The notes under the pieces are model-generated. The model saw only the letters and a list, made by a program, of their open reading frames with translations. It ran no database searches and was not told the DNA's origin. Shown in pieces: positions 1-8,523 of a stretch of DNA of 64,000 nucleotides. Origin of the DNA: an uncultured Candidatus Poseidoniales archaeon (GTDB taxonomy: Archaea > Thermoplasmatota > Poseidoniia > Poseidoniales > Thalassarchaeaceae); the NCBI GenBank assembly GCA_964563355.1, contig CAZLVU010000003.1, forward strand, positions 773 to 64,772, read 5' to 3'. Both the position numbers and the translations under genes were made by a program. Position 1 is the first letter of the stretch. Every line of letters starts with the position of its first letter.

Positions 1-1004
1 CTCCCCCCCACCACGAAACCGTCAGTAATAGAATTGAGGATACTCGCCCTGCACGTGCGAGTCAGCGACGCATCTTCCAGAGACATCCTCAGCCACGCCT
101 CAAGGGCCTCCTCCAAGCGCTCCTGCCCCTCCTCGGGCAATTCACGATCCTCTGGCCATCCCTCTGGTCGCCATATCCATGTCGCTTCACAGATATCTCC
201 AAGCCTGTTTGGTGGCATCATAGCAATGGCGATGCTCTGAGCCACCGGCTCGCTTGTCTTTGCAAGCGCCCCTTGTGAGAGTCCAACTGTGGTCCCATCT
301 ACGAAACTCAGCTTAATCCACCCCTGTTGCGTCAAATCACCATTTCTGACCGTGTTTTCGTCCAATCCCACTGTCCACTTGCAATCGTCACCTGTCAAAT
401 TCACCGAAGCGTTGTCAAGGGTCCATCGAATCCATTCCGGCGGAGCCTCTGGCCTCGTTCCTGTGCAAACGAAACCACCGTCCCAAGAGAAGAAGTACTG
501 CCCAGCCTTGGCATGATCGTCCCAGACAAGCAGCCTCAGTTTTGGATGGGTGAAGTTCTGAATTCCGACTTGGTGGCTCTGCTTACCGTTACCTCTCCTC
601 AGGTAGCTCGCATTTCCATATAGCGGATGCTTGAACACTGACACAGTGGAGAGCTCCTCTTCCGAGGCCCCAAGCAGGCTTCCTGCAAGCGCCCTACAAA
701 CTACGTCTCCCCCCTTCTTCGTCATTCTCCTTCGTAGCCATTTCTCATCGTGGCGCTTCGTTGAAACTACTGCGATTTCTCTCAGTGTTAGAGCCATAGG
801 GTCCTTGGCCCCGAAAAACGAAACCTTTCCCAGTTCACCGACAATGTCTGGCATGAACACCTCGGGATCCTCCAACAGTGCCTCCAGGTTGGCCTCTAGT
901 CTGCGTTGAATTTCCTTGGAGGCCTGCTTGATGCCGCGTACCTTCAATCTACGACGTCGGTTTTTGTCCCCTGGAAATCGGACTTCGGCGGGCGGCTTGG
1001 CCAT
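1..1004 (-). CDS. hypothetical protein, N-terminal ~334 codons; gene continues past the left window edge and is not in the supplied ORF track
   Basis: I translated the minus strand by hand from ATG at 1004: MAKPPAEVRFPGDKNRRRRLKVRGIKQASKEIQRRLEANLEALLEDPEVF...WIWRPEGWPEDRELPEEGQERLEEALEAWL. I checked every codon of this frame down to base 3 and found no stop. The + strand ORFs at 34-909 are S/P-rich and look like antisense readings. No family recognised. Confidence 0.55.
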   Translation of the reverse strand, partial: MAKPPAEVRFPGDKNRRRRLKVRGIKQASKEIQRRLEANLEALLEDPEVFMPDIVGELGKVSFFGAKDPMALTLREIAVVSTKRHDEKWLRRRMTKKGGDVVCRALAGSLLGASEEELSTVSVFKHPLYGNASYLRRGNGKQSHQVGIQNFTHPKLRLLVWDDHAKAGQYFFSWDGGFVCTGTRPEAPPEWIRWTLDNASVNLTGDDCKWTVGLDENTVRNGDLTQQGWIKLSFVDGTTVGLSQGALAKTSEPVAQSIAIAMMPPNRLGDICEATWIWRPEGWPEDRELPEEGQERLEEALEAWLRMSLEDASLTRTCRASILNSITDGFVVGG

Positions 1005-1054
1005 GATAACGGCTAGGCGACGGGCAATCCCAACTTGAGGGCGTCGCAAGAGAA

Positions 1055-1876
1055 CTATGTCTGCCTGCGTCGCCCGTAAGCGCCAAGTTCGTTGTCGCTC
1101 ATGTTGGCTGGTAGAATTAGAGTGTGGATCCAACCCCCTCCAACCCTTGCCAGCTCCCCCAGAGTTCCAGAGACGACCCGTTGGCTGTCCGTACCTATGT
1201 CACTGAGCAAGATCCCGTCCCAGTTTGTGACAGGAACCTCTAGACTTTCCTTCATCCCGTTCTCCTGAGTAAACCTGTCAACCATTCGCTCGATTATGGT
1301 CACAGCTTCATCGGGTTGCATGGGTCGAGGGGGGTCAAATCCCATGCCAGTAGGGTCCAAATCGAGGAGGACCAGAGTGTGCAAACCCCTAATGAAATTG
1401 GCATCGATCATCTCCAAAGGCGATATAGCGAGGTAGTCACCATATGTGTAAGGAAGGGTGACCTGTCGTCCGAATCTGTAGGACTGCAGACCTGACAAGG
1501 AGACCGCCAATGAGGTCGCTGACATCCCGGGTACGACCTCAAAACCTACTCCCAGCTCCGCGCATCGCGCTTCAAGGTCAATGTGAGTTGTAGCCTGCAT
1601 AGGATCTCCGACCACCAATAGTGCGATTGGGGCATCAGATGCCTCTTCCAGCAAACTATCCGGATTCTCCACCGAGGGTCGCATCAGTCGTTCCCACGGT
1701 CCCAGAATCTCCTCCATCGCCTCCTCCTGCTCTCTCGGTAATACTGCAGTATAACCTTCCAGGTATCGCTTCTTGCAACTTCTAGCTACGGTCTTAGCAC
1801 GATCCGTCATGTGCTCTAGGTCTCCAGGTCCCAGGCCCACCAACCATAATCCAGGAGAAGGTGTGCCTGCCGTCAT
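1055..1876 (-). CDS. dph5: diphthine synthase (diphthamide biosynthesis methyltransferase)
   Basis: The C-terminal 273 aa of ORF 1055..2287 carry diphthine synthase / tetrapyrrole-methylase-type motifs: LWLVGLGPGDLEHMT, LLVVGDPMQATTH, GMSATSLAVSLSGLQSYRFG. Start placed at the internal ATG 1876 (MTAGTPSPGLWLVGLG). The 137 upstream codons are S/R-rich and overlap the divergent gene. Confidence 0.85.
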   Translation of the reverse strand: MTAGTPSPGLWLVGLGPGDLEHMTDRAKTVARSCKKRYLEGYTAVLPREQEEAMEEILGPWERLMRPSVENPDSLLEEASDAPIALLVVGDPMQATTHIDLEARCAELGVGFEVVPGMSATSLAVSLSGLQSYRFGRQVTLPYTYGDYLAISPLEMIDANFIRGLHTLVLLDLDPTGMGFDPPRPMQPDEAVTIIERMVDRFTQENGMKESLEVPVTNWDGILLSDIGTDSQRVVSGTLGELARVGGGWIHTLILPANMSDNELGAYGRRRQT

Positions 1877-1913
1877 GGTGAAGGGTCCCGGCCCGCTCCA
1901 ACACATCAACGTG

Positions 1914-3083
1914 ATGCGACACCTGATAGTACCGAACCGCGAGGTAGAGGAGGCCTTGGATCTGCTTAGAGGCCATGGCTGGCTTGCATTGGGCATGAGA
2001 CTTTTCCCTTCAGAGGACGGCGAGTACAGGCTAGTTCCTGTAGATCCCAGTGCCCCATTCGACCTTCCGCCCCCACTAGACAAGCACGAGACAACACAAT
2101 GTGATGGTTTCACGGACGAAAGGGTGGACTCTGATTGGTGGAACCACCTTGCTCGTCTCGTCGGGGAGGATGAGGTTGAGGCCGGGGGCGAGTCATGGCC
2201 ATCATCCCACGAGTTCATTGCGGATGTGATGGTGGTCCGTATAGAAGACGAGGTTTCCGCCCATCGGTCGGCGATCGCCGAAGCCAAGCTCCGATCTCAC
2301 CCACACATTCGGTTGATACTTAGCGACGAAGGCGTACACGGGGACTTCCGCATCAGGCACCTTTCCCCGATTGGAGCCCGTGTCGGAGACCGCGTTCTGA
2401 CCAACGACATACCTTCCGAGTTATGCCAAACCAAGGTCATGGTTAGGGAGTCTGGTCGGAGTATAGTATGCGATCCCTCCAAAGCCTACTTTTCAACCAA
2501 ACTTCAATCTGAGAGATTGGAGACCCTTGCCCTTGCAAAGAAATTGTGCCTGCTGCTGGAAAGGCCCATCAGGGTCTGCGATCCCTTCTGTGGCGTAGGA
2601 CCTGCTCTGGCGCCACTTCTCTCAGAGACTGACTTGGTTTCGGATGTCCTTGCCTCCGACCTGAATCCTGATGCTGTCGAGATGCTTCTGGAAAACCTGC
2701 AACGCTGGGACCGGAGGAAATACCCCTCAGAGGCCACGACCCTTGCAAGGATTTTCGATGACCGCGTGGTCGGCATCGCGGATGCTACTTCAATCTGCAA
2801 CGAATCAGAGTTTTCCGGCAGCTGGGACTTACTAATCGTCAACCTCCCCCTTCGCACGATTGAGGTCCTACCCTCCCTGATACCCCTCCTGGACCGAACG
2901 TCTCCCTCCATGGTCAGAGGAAGAGTGATAGTAGCCGAGAGCGAAATTGAAAATGCAAACCTCGCTATTCGGGAGGCCCTACCGCCATTGTTGTACGGGA
3001 CCCCAGAACCATCGATCAGAATCAAGCGAGATTACAATGCAAGCCTACGTCTGTGCTCGTTTGAGGCTTGGATTGCGCCATAG
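1914..3083 (+). CDS. trm5: tRNA (guanine37-N1)-methyltransferase, Trm5/Taw22 (Met-10+) family
   Basis: SAM-binding motif VCDPFCGVGPALAPLL and the NLP motif (LLIVNLPL) typical of Trm5/TYW2-class enzymes. The N-terminal D1-like segment is MRHLIVPNREVEEALDLLRGHGW...YRLVPV. Start set at ATG 1914 because the ORF upstream of it overlaps dph5. Confidence 0.65.
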   Translation: MRHLIVPNREVEEALDLLRGHGWLALGMRLFPSEDGEYRLVPVDPSAPFDLPPPLDKHETTQCDGFTDERVDSDWWNHLARLVGEDEVEAGGESWPSSHEFIADVMVVRIEDEVSAHRSAIAEAKLRSHPHIRLILSDEGVHGDFRIRHLSPIGARVGDRVLTNDIPSELCQTKVMVRESGRSIVCDPSKAYFSTKLQSERLETLALAKKLCLLLERPIRVCDPFCGVGPALAPLLSETDLVSDVLASDLNPDAVEMLLENLQRWDRRKYPSEATTLARIFDDRVVGIADATSICNESEFSGSWDLLIVNLPLRTIEVLPSLIPLLDRTSPSMVRGRVIVAESEIENANLAIREALPPLLYGTPEPSIRIKRDYNASLRLCSFEAWIAP

Positions 3084-3122
3084 AATCATAGGCTCACGTA
3101 GGAGCCTCATCGAAGGGTTGAG

Positions 3123-3198
3123 TGGCGCCCCGACCGGGATTTGAACCCGGGTCGCAGCCTCGACAGGGCTGCATGATAGGCCACTACACCATCGGGGC
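3123..3198 (-). tRNA. tRNA-Asp (anticodon GUC), CCA encoded
   Basis: Reverse complement reads GCCCCGA-TG-GTGT..TCAT-G-CAGCC-CTGTCGA-GGCTG-CGAC-CCGGG-TTCAAAT-CCCGG-TCGGGGC-G-CCA. This gives a 7-bp acceptor stem, a T-loop TTCAAAT and the anticodon loop CU-GUC-GA. Confidence 0.9.
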
Positions 3199-3277
3199 TG
3201 GCTCTCTTCCGAGATTGCTTTCCTTTTTCAAACTTTGAGAGGGCATCATTGATGACCCATCTTCCCTTAGGTTCCTC

Positions 3278-3871
3278 ATGGTAGATGACGTGATAGTCAT
3301 CGACGTCATAGATAACGGTGGCCAATGGACACATCGGGAGTGGAGGGAGCTGAGGTACCTCGGCGTGGACACCCGGATACTTCCCAACACCACTCCTCTA
3401 GATGAACTAAGAGAGCTAGACGGGCTGATATTGTCTGGCGGTGCAGCTAGGGTCGGACTCACTGGAAAACTCGGGAACTGTGGTGACTACCTTTCTCTGC
3501 AGATCCCCGTCTTGGGGATATGTGCAGGACATCAGTTCATGGCTCGCCACTACGGAGGTGACGCCGGGGAAGCCCCCAAACCAGAGTTCGGCGCCGCCTC
3601 GATTACATTGGTTGACGATGGCGGGCCACTGTTTATTGGAACTCCAAGAAGCCAGATTGTTTGGGAGAGTCACAATGACGAGGTTACAATTATCCCACCC
3701 GGATTCAGAATTGTTGCATTTAGCGATTCTTGCGAAGTTCAAGGAATGGAGAATGAAGCCTTGGATCGTTTCGGATTGCAGTTCCACCCAGAGGTAAACG
3801 ACACTGAACACGGCTCAACCATTTTTGAGAACTTCGTCGCGATATGCAGACACGCCCGAACCATCCCCTGA
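3278..3871 (+). CDS. guaAA: GMP synthase, glutamine amidotransferase subunit A (class I GATase)
   Basis: Short stand-alone GATase of 197 aa. The nucleophile elbow is LGICAGHQFM and the catalytic His/Glu region is LQFHPEV. The N-terminus IVIDVIDNGGQWTHRE is typical of the archaeal split GuaA. Confidence 0.8.
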   Translation: MVDDVIVIDVIDNGGQWTHREWRELRYLGVDTRILPNTTPLDELRELDGLILSGGAARVGLTGKLGNCGDYLSLQIPVLGICAGHQFMARHYGGDAGEAPKPEFGAASITLVDDGGPLFIGTPRSQIVWESHNDEVTIIPPGFRIVAFSDSCEVQGMENEALDRFGLQFHPEVNDTEHGSTIFENFVAICRHARTIP

Positions 3872-3884
3872 GAGTTAGGACAGG

Positions 3885-4184
3885 TTGAAGAAGGCCGGGC
3901 AGGTCGCCGACACGATACCAATGGGGACAGAACAGACCATCCTACACAAGTGCAGGAACTGCAACCGTACGGACAGGAGGGCCTACACTCCCTCCGGTGA
4001 GGAGCAGTGCAGCCACTGCAACTCGCCTATGGACCCCCTTGAGATTCGCTACAAGTGCGTCAACTGCGGGCACATGACTTGGGGCGAGGCAGGATCCTCC
4101 GGCAGATCGTGTCACAAGTGTGGATACCGAATTTTCGTCAAACCGCGAAAAGATGGGATGGCCAAGGTCCTCAAGGCCGAGTGA
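3885..4184 (+). CDS. rpoP: RNA polymerase subunit P (Rpo12) with a possible extra N-terminal zinc ribbon; the canonical-size version would start at ATG 4029
   Basis: The C-terminal 51 aa MDPLEIRYKCVNCGHMTWGEAGSSGRSCHKCGYRIFVKPRKDGMAKVLKAE match the RpoP zinc-ribbon pattern (Y.C..CG...x...C..CGYRI..K.R). The in-frame upstream part carries a second CxxC-x17-CxxC (HKCRNCN...QCSHCNSP). Confidence 0.75.
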   Translation: MKKAGQVADTIPMGTEQTILHKCRNCNRTDRRAYTPSGEEQCSHCNSPMDPLEIRYKCVNCGHMTWGEAGSSGRSCHKCGYRIFVKPRKDGMAKVLKAE

Positions 4185-5362
4185 CCATAGTTGAGTTCAA
4201 GGTCCGCCACTTCCCCCCCTGCCTCGTGGCGAGCTGGCTTGAAACTGAAGCGCCCATCAGGTTTCAAGACCTCGCGATCCCCGAAGCCGTCCAACAGGCG
4301 CTAACCAAATCCAGCCTATCACCAGACCCCCCTCATCTTCTCATCACCGGACCTGCAGGCGTCGGTAAGACGACCAGCTGGCGTTTGGTTGCAAGGCAGA
4401 TCCTAGGCCCTAGTTGGAAATCCACCACACACGTTCTACAGGCTAGGGACCTAGTGAGGCAGAGAGGGGCGATGGCATCGTTCGAGGATTTTCTCAAACC
4501 AAATGGCTCGGAAGTTGATACCTTGGCAGGCCGTCTCAGCTTGGATGCATTCGATAGGATGATTGCGGAACGAACTGAGGGAGACACTGCTCCAGCTGGG
4601 TCAGAGACAGAGCCTAGAGCGGGACAAATACCAATCAGTCGCCTGATTGTCATAGAGGATGCTGACTATCTTGGGCACATCCGCCAAGCATACCTTCGCA
4701 GGATGATGGAAACGATAGGCACGGCATCGAGATTCTTACTGGTTGCTAGGGCCCCATCAAGAATAATCGAGGCACTCAGATCAAGGAGCCAGATGATCAG
4801 AATACCATCAACAGAAAGGAACACAATTATCGAGACACTTTCCTCCATAGCGAAGAAGCACGGTTGCAAACCTGCAGAGGGGGTCCTTGAAGACATAGCC
4901 TACATCTCCGAAGGCAATCTGAAGAAAGCCATATTCACCCTTGAATTACTTGAGTTGCGCAATATGAGCTCAGATCGCTCGTCGGTTCACAGTTTGGTTC
5001 AGGCGTCAACGCTCCAGGCCGCACGGCATCTGCTAGAGCTCGCTTTGAGGGGCCGGGTGGTAGAGTGGGTGTGGGAGAACCAAGGCGGTAGGAAGAAGAA
5101 AGCCCTATCCGGTGCCATGGCTGAGATTGACGATCTGATGTCGAACCACGGTCTGGATGCAGCCGATGTAGTGTCACAGATCCATGGTGTTATTGTCAGC
5201 CGCCGTATGAATCTCCCTCACTCGCTCCGAGCCGAGGTGTTGGGTGCCCTCTCTGAGTGCGACGCCAATCTCCAGCGCTCGGTCTACCCTAGGATTCACT
5301 TCGAGCGGTTTCTTCACCGAACCGCCTCCGCTGGCCACCACCACGGTTTGGCAGCCAGATGA
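4181..5362 (+). CDS. replication factor C small-subunit-like AAA+ clamp-loader protein (divergent)
   Basis: Walker A is LLITGPAGVGKTT and Walker B is LIVIEDADYL. The sensor-1/RFC box region is RFLLVARAPSRIIEALRSRSQMIRI, followed by a lid domain (ISEGNLKKAIFTLELL). Start taken as GTG 4181, which overlaps the rpoP stop (GTGA); the longer ORF from 4055 overlaps rpoP. Confidence 0.65.
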   Translation: MTIVEFKVRHFPPCLVASWLETEAPIRFQDLAIPEAVQQALTKSSLSPDPPHLLITGPAGVGKTTSWRLVARQILGPSWKSTTHVLQARDLVRQRGAMASFEDFLKPNGSEVDTLAGRLSLDAFDRMIAERTEGDTAPAGSETEPRAGQIPISRLIVIEDADYLGHIRQAYLRRMMETIGTASRFLLVARAPSRIIEALRSRSQMIRIPSTERNTIIETLSSIAKKHGCKPAEGVLEDIAYISEGNLKKAIFTLELLELRNMSSDRSSVHSLVQASTLQAARHLLELALRGRVVEWVWENQGGRKKKALSGAMAEIDDLMSNHGLDAADVVSQIHGVIVSRRMNLPHSLRAEVLGALSECDANLQRSVYPRIHFERFLHRTASAGHHHGLAAR

Positions 5363-5440
5363 TGGCGGGCGCGGCAGGATTCGAACCCGCGGTCCCCGGC
5401 TTAGGAGGCCGGTGCATTATCCAGGCTATGCTACACGCCC
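5363..5440 (-). tRNA. tRNA-Arg (anticodon CCU), CCA encoded
   Basis: Reverse complement reads GGGCGTG-TA-GCAT..-CCGGC-CTCCTAA-GCCGG-..-GCGGG-TTCGAAT-CCTGC-CGCGCCC-G-CCA. The acceptor stem pairs, including one G:U. Confidence 0.85.
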
Positions 5441-5470
5441 ACCTTCCCGAGCGCGCCCCCCTCAAGAAAT

Positions 5471-7012
5471 GTGATGTTTGGTAAACGACGGCTGGAGCGA
5501 ACATCTTCCGATGCCATGAAGCAGAGAAAGCGATTCCAAAACCCCGTGGACGACGACGAGTCCTTACTCCCCAATCCATACGGAGAGGACAGCTCCTTCG
5601 GGCAAAGCGGAGAGTCAGCACTCTCTCGCAGAGTTAGGAGCCGTGACTCCCAGAGGCAGCTTTGGACCAAGTTATCCATAATCTACGGGACTCCAACTGC
5701 TCGAAAGCTGGTAGCAGTGACTGCCCCAATTTACTCTATTTTGCTGTTTTCGGGATGGGAATTTGCATACGAGACAGTGGGCATGACACTCTTTGTCTCA
5801 CTCTCAATACTATGCTTCCCCTCGTTCCTAGCCTCTTCGTTTGCCCAGATGTCCGCCCGTGACAGGCTACAGCTCAAGGCCGGTGGTAAGCGCTCAATGG
5901 ATGCATACCCTGGTGTTGAGAGGATACTCAATTCCCTGAATGAGAGGGTTTTGCGAGAGCGCACAAGGCTACTGTGCTCAATTATCTCAGCTATCTCTCT
6001 CAATTCCGTTGGCAACTTCGAAACTGGAACCGTTCTGGCGTCTTTCATCTATGTTCTAGCAATTTTCCTAGGGGGGATAGCACTACTGAACACACTACAA
6101 CTAGAACAGCGAATTCCAATGATAGACAACGATTTCCCTCTGCTCTCCCTGCACGCCCCCACCCTACACCAGAGCACCCTAGATCGAGTCCTTTCTGATT
6201 TACTAGCTGCCCATCTTGACCCCGAAACCGCCAGAGATTGGGATGACTGGGTAAGAAGCTTGGAGAATAAGGTCAGGTCTAGCCAGACCCCAGCATCCGC
6301 TGTTGAACATCTGCTTCGAGTCCTTCACCTCAATCATCTAGGGCTATTGGACGAGGAACGACTACTGTCAGAAACCAAACGAGTTTTTCGCGTCGCTGCA
6401 GTCGATGAAATTACCGATAACGAATCAAAGTTCAATATCAAAGCACTTCGTAGGCTGATGGCCCATACGAGAGCGTGGCAACCCGGAATGTTTCGCCTCA
6501 TAGACAGGTTACAGGATTCAGCAATTAGGGGGCACTCGTCTCTGACTGAAAACCGCTGGCGTTTGGATCTTGACCTGCCTCCACGCTGCTCTCAAGGTCA
6601 GGGTGATTTGTTTGTGATGATTCACAACCACTCCCGTCAGCCATCCCAGGTGGAGATTGAGATCATTGCTGCGGATGGTGAGCCTCACCAACAAACCCTA
6701 AGGGTCCAACCCCCCTTATCCAGACAGCCAAAGCGCCCAGCCAAGTTGGGTGAAGAGGGCAACGATCTAGTTGACGTCCTAGGTGCTCTGATTGACAACT
6801 GCTTCGTCCTGTGGATTGGCCTAGCTTGGCCTGGAGGAACTTCAGGGTCTCGACCCGTTCAAGTCACCCTTAGAGGCCCACAGGGTCAAACCCTGTCCTC
6901 CATTGTGGTCACAACATCTCTTTCTTCGGGATTCAATCCTGAGGGTGCGGCTCAGAGGATGCTCGACGCAGCCGTTGCTGTCAGAAGCCTCGCCCTCTCG
7001 GTTGCTGAATGA
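5471..7012 (+). CDS. hypothetical membrane protein (charged/disordered N-terminus, about 4 TM segments, large soluble C-terminal region)
   Basis: 513-aa ORF. Hydrophobic segments include LVAVTAPIYSILLFSGWEFAY, GMTLFVSLSILCFPSFLASSF, LLCSIISAISLNSV and VLASFIYVLAIFLGGIALL. No recognisable catalytic motif. Confidence 0.55.
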   Translation: MMFGKRRLERTSSDAMKQRKRFQNPVDDDESLLPNPYGEDSSFGQSGESALSRRVRSRDSQRQLWTKLSIIYGTPTARKLVAVTAPIYSILLFSGWEFAYETVGMTLFVSLSILCFPSFLASSFAQMSARDRLQLKAGGKRSMDAYPGVERILNSLNERVLRERTRLLCSIISAISLNSVGNFETGTVLASFIYVLAIFLGGIALLNTLQLEQRIPMIDNDFPLLSLHAPTLHQSTLDRVLSDLLAAHLDPETARDWDDWVRSLENKVRSSQTPASAVEHLLRVLHLNHLGLLDEERLLSETKRVFRVAAVDEITDNESKFNIKALRRLMAHTRAWQPGMFRLIDRLQDSAIRGHSSLTENRWRLDLDLPPRCSQGQGDLFVMIHNHSRQPSQVEIEIIAADGEPHQQTLRVQPPLSRQPKRPAKLGEEGNDLVDVLGALIDNCFVLWIGLAWPGGTSGSRPVQVTLRGPQGQTLSSIVVTTSLSSGFNPEGAAQRMLDAAVAVRSLALSVAE

Positions 7013-7080
7013 TTAGATGTAGAGATAAGTGCAGGGCGTCACGTTCATGAGATTATCACGGTTGGGCTGACTCGATAGGC

Positions 7081-8523
7081 TTGGAGTCGTGGGACGTAGT
7101 AGTTGTTGGTGCGGGCCCTTCAGCCCTCAGGGCTGCCATAGCAAGCGCCGACTCAGGGGCCGAATCGTTGATTGTCGATGGGTTTGGAGTAGGATCCGCA
7201 TCTGGTGCTCAGCCAGTAGCGGGCCTAGCAGCTTCTATTGACGAATTGGACTCAACATCTCACCGGGACGACACGATCTCTGCTGGAGGCGACTCTACCG
7301 ACTCAACAGCAGCGGCAAGGACATGCGGGGAAGCCGTCGCCACCCTTACAGAGCTAGAGCGATGGGGATTGGTCCTAAGGAGAAGGGAGGGCGGCCTGCC
7401 TCATGCAGCCGAAGCTCCAGGACACACCGTGGGCAGACTAACTGGTTGCGGCGACTCCACCGTCCGCGAGGTAACTAGGCTTCTGGAGGAGCAGGCAATA
7501 AAGAGGAGAATTCAGAGGCGTTCAGACCTAGTCCCCATACAACTCGTAACAGACAACCAGCAGGTCAGGGGACTCGTTGCCTACGACGTTTTTTCGGGAG
7601 AGATCAAGTCAATACAGGCCAAAGCTGTGATACTAGCCACTGAAGGCCACCAAGGACTCTGGTCAAATCCCAACGACGGCCCTGGAACGGGTGCAGCTCT
7701 AGCGCTCACAGCTGGAATACAACTCAGAGGAATGGATTCGATTCCCATGCATCCACTAACGGCCAGAGATTGCAATATGCACATCCCTCTCGACGTTCTG
7801 GGATCCGGAGGACGGATCAGGAGGGAGAGCGGTGACGACGTTGGCCCGGAGGAGGTCCTCGGGGGCGAGCCATGTGTCCTTGATCTGAGGGGGTTGGAAT
7901 TAGATGCAATACCTTGGTTTGCCCAGACTGCGTCGCGTGTAAGAGACAGGCTCGGACTAGACATTACCACTGAAGTTCTTCCAATTACCTCAGGCGTTGC
8001 TGCGACTACTGGTGGAATCCCTTGCGACGAATCTGGTCGCGTCACATTCGATGGACACACGGAGGAGGGCCTTCCAGCCAAGCTCTGGTACACCGGCCTC
8101 TATTCTGCTGGTAGGAGCGCTCACAACGGTATGCACGGCGAGGGAATGTTGCCGGGAAACCTGATGCTCGACGACATGGTTTCCGGCAAGGCTGCGGGAA
8201 CCCACGCTGCTCAGTGGATTCAGAAGACCGAGTTCGGCAACAGCAGCATTTTCAACGAGTCCGTAAAGGCCGCAAATGACCTAATTCTGTCAATGGAGAT
8301 GGAAGGAGGGCTGCCTGTCGGGCAGGCTACCGAGAAACTCACCTTGGCTATGAGGGAGGTCGACGGCACGCCCAATGAAGCGGCACTATCCAGAATTAGG
8401 GAAATCAAGGAAGCTGGAATCAGAGTTGCCGATCAGTCTAGGATAATGAATACTGAACTTGTGTCGGCAATTCGACTGAAGGGGCTGGTCTTGGTAGCTG
8501 AGGCGATTGCAAGCCCGGGGTGA
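7081..8523 (+). CDS. FAD-dependent oxidoreductase of the L-aspartate oxidase / succinate dehydrogenase flavoprotein family (divergent)
   Basis: The N-terminal dinucleotide fold is DVVVVGAGPSALRAAIA. Family blocks present are HRDDTISAGGDSTD, GTGAALALTAGIQLRGMDSIPMHPL and TTGGIPCD..GLYSAG. TTG start at 7081. Its 480 aa length is NadB-like rather than SdhA-like. Confidence 0.6.
   Translation: MESWDVVVVGAGPSALRAAIASADSGAESLIVDGFGVGSASGAQPVAGLAASIDELDSTSHRDDTISAGGDSTDSTAAARTCGEAVATLTELERWGLVLRRREGGLPHAAEAPGHTVGRLTGCGDSTVREVTRLLEEQAIKRRIQRRSDLVPIQLVTDNQQVRGLVAYDVFSGEIKSIQAKAVILATEGHQGLWSNPNDGPGTGAALALTAGIQLRGMDSIPMHPLTARDCNMHIPLDVLGSGGRIRRESGDDVGPEEVLGGEPCVLDLRGLELDAIPWFAQTASRVRDRLGLDITTEVLPITSGVAATTGGIPCDESGRVTFDGHTEEGLPAKLWYTGLYSAGRSAHNGMHGEGMLPGNLMLDDMVSGKAAGTHAAQWIQKTEFGNSSIFNESVKAANDLILSMEMEGGLPVGQATEKLTLAMREVDGTPNEAALSRIREIKEAGIRVADQSRIMNTELVSAIRLKGLVLVAEAIASPG

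Noticed and set aside
1877-2287. N-terminal extensions of listed ORFs: dph5 from 2287, icd from 28262, thiolase from 30465, RFC-like from 4055 and trm5-like from 1773.
   Set aside because: The extensions overlap well-supported neighbouring genes, have no family similarity, and internal start codons give proteins of canonical length.
3199-3277. A C/D-box sRNA candidate, because of TGATGA at 3249-3254 between tRNA-Asp and guaAA.
   Set aside because: The preceding base is not a purine, no D box (CTGA) or C'/D' pair occurs at a suitable distance within the spacer, and the motif lies about 25 nt from the guaAA start.
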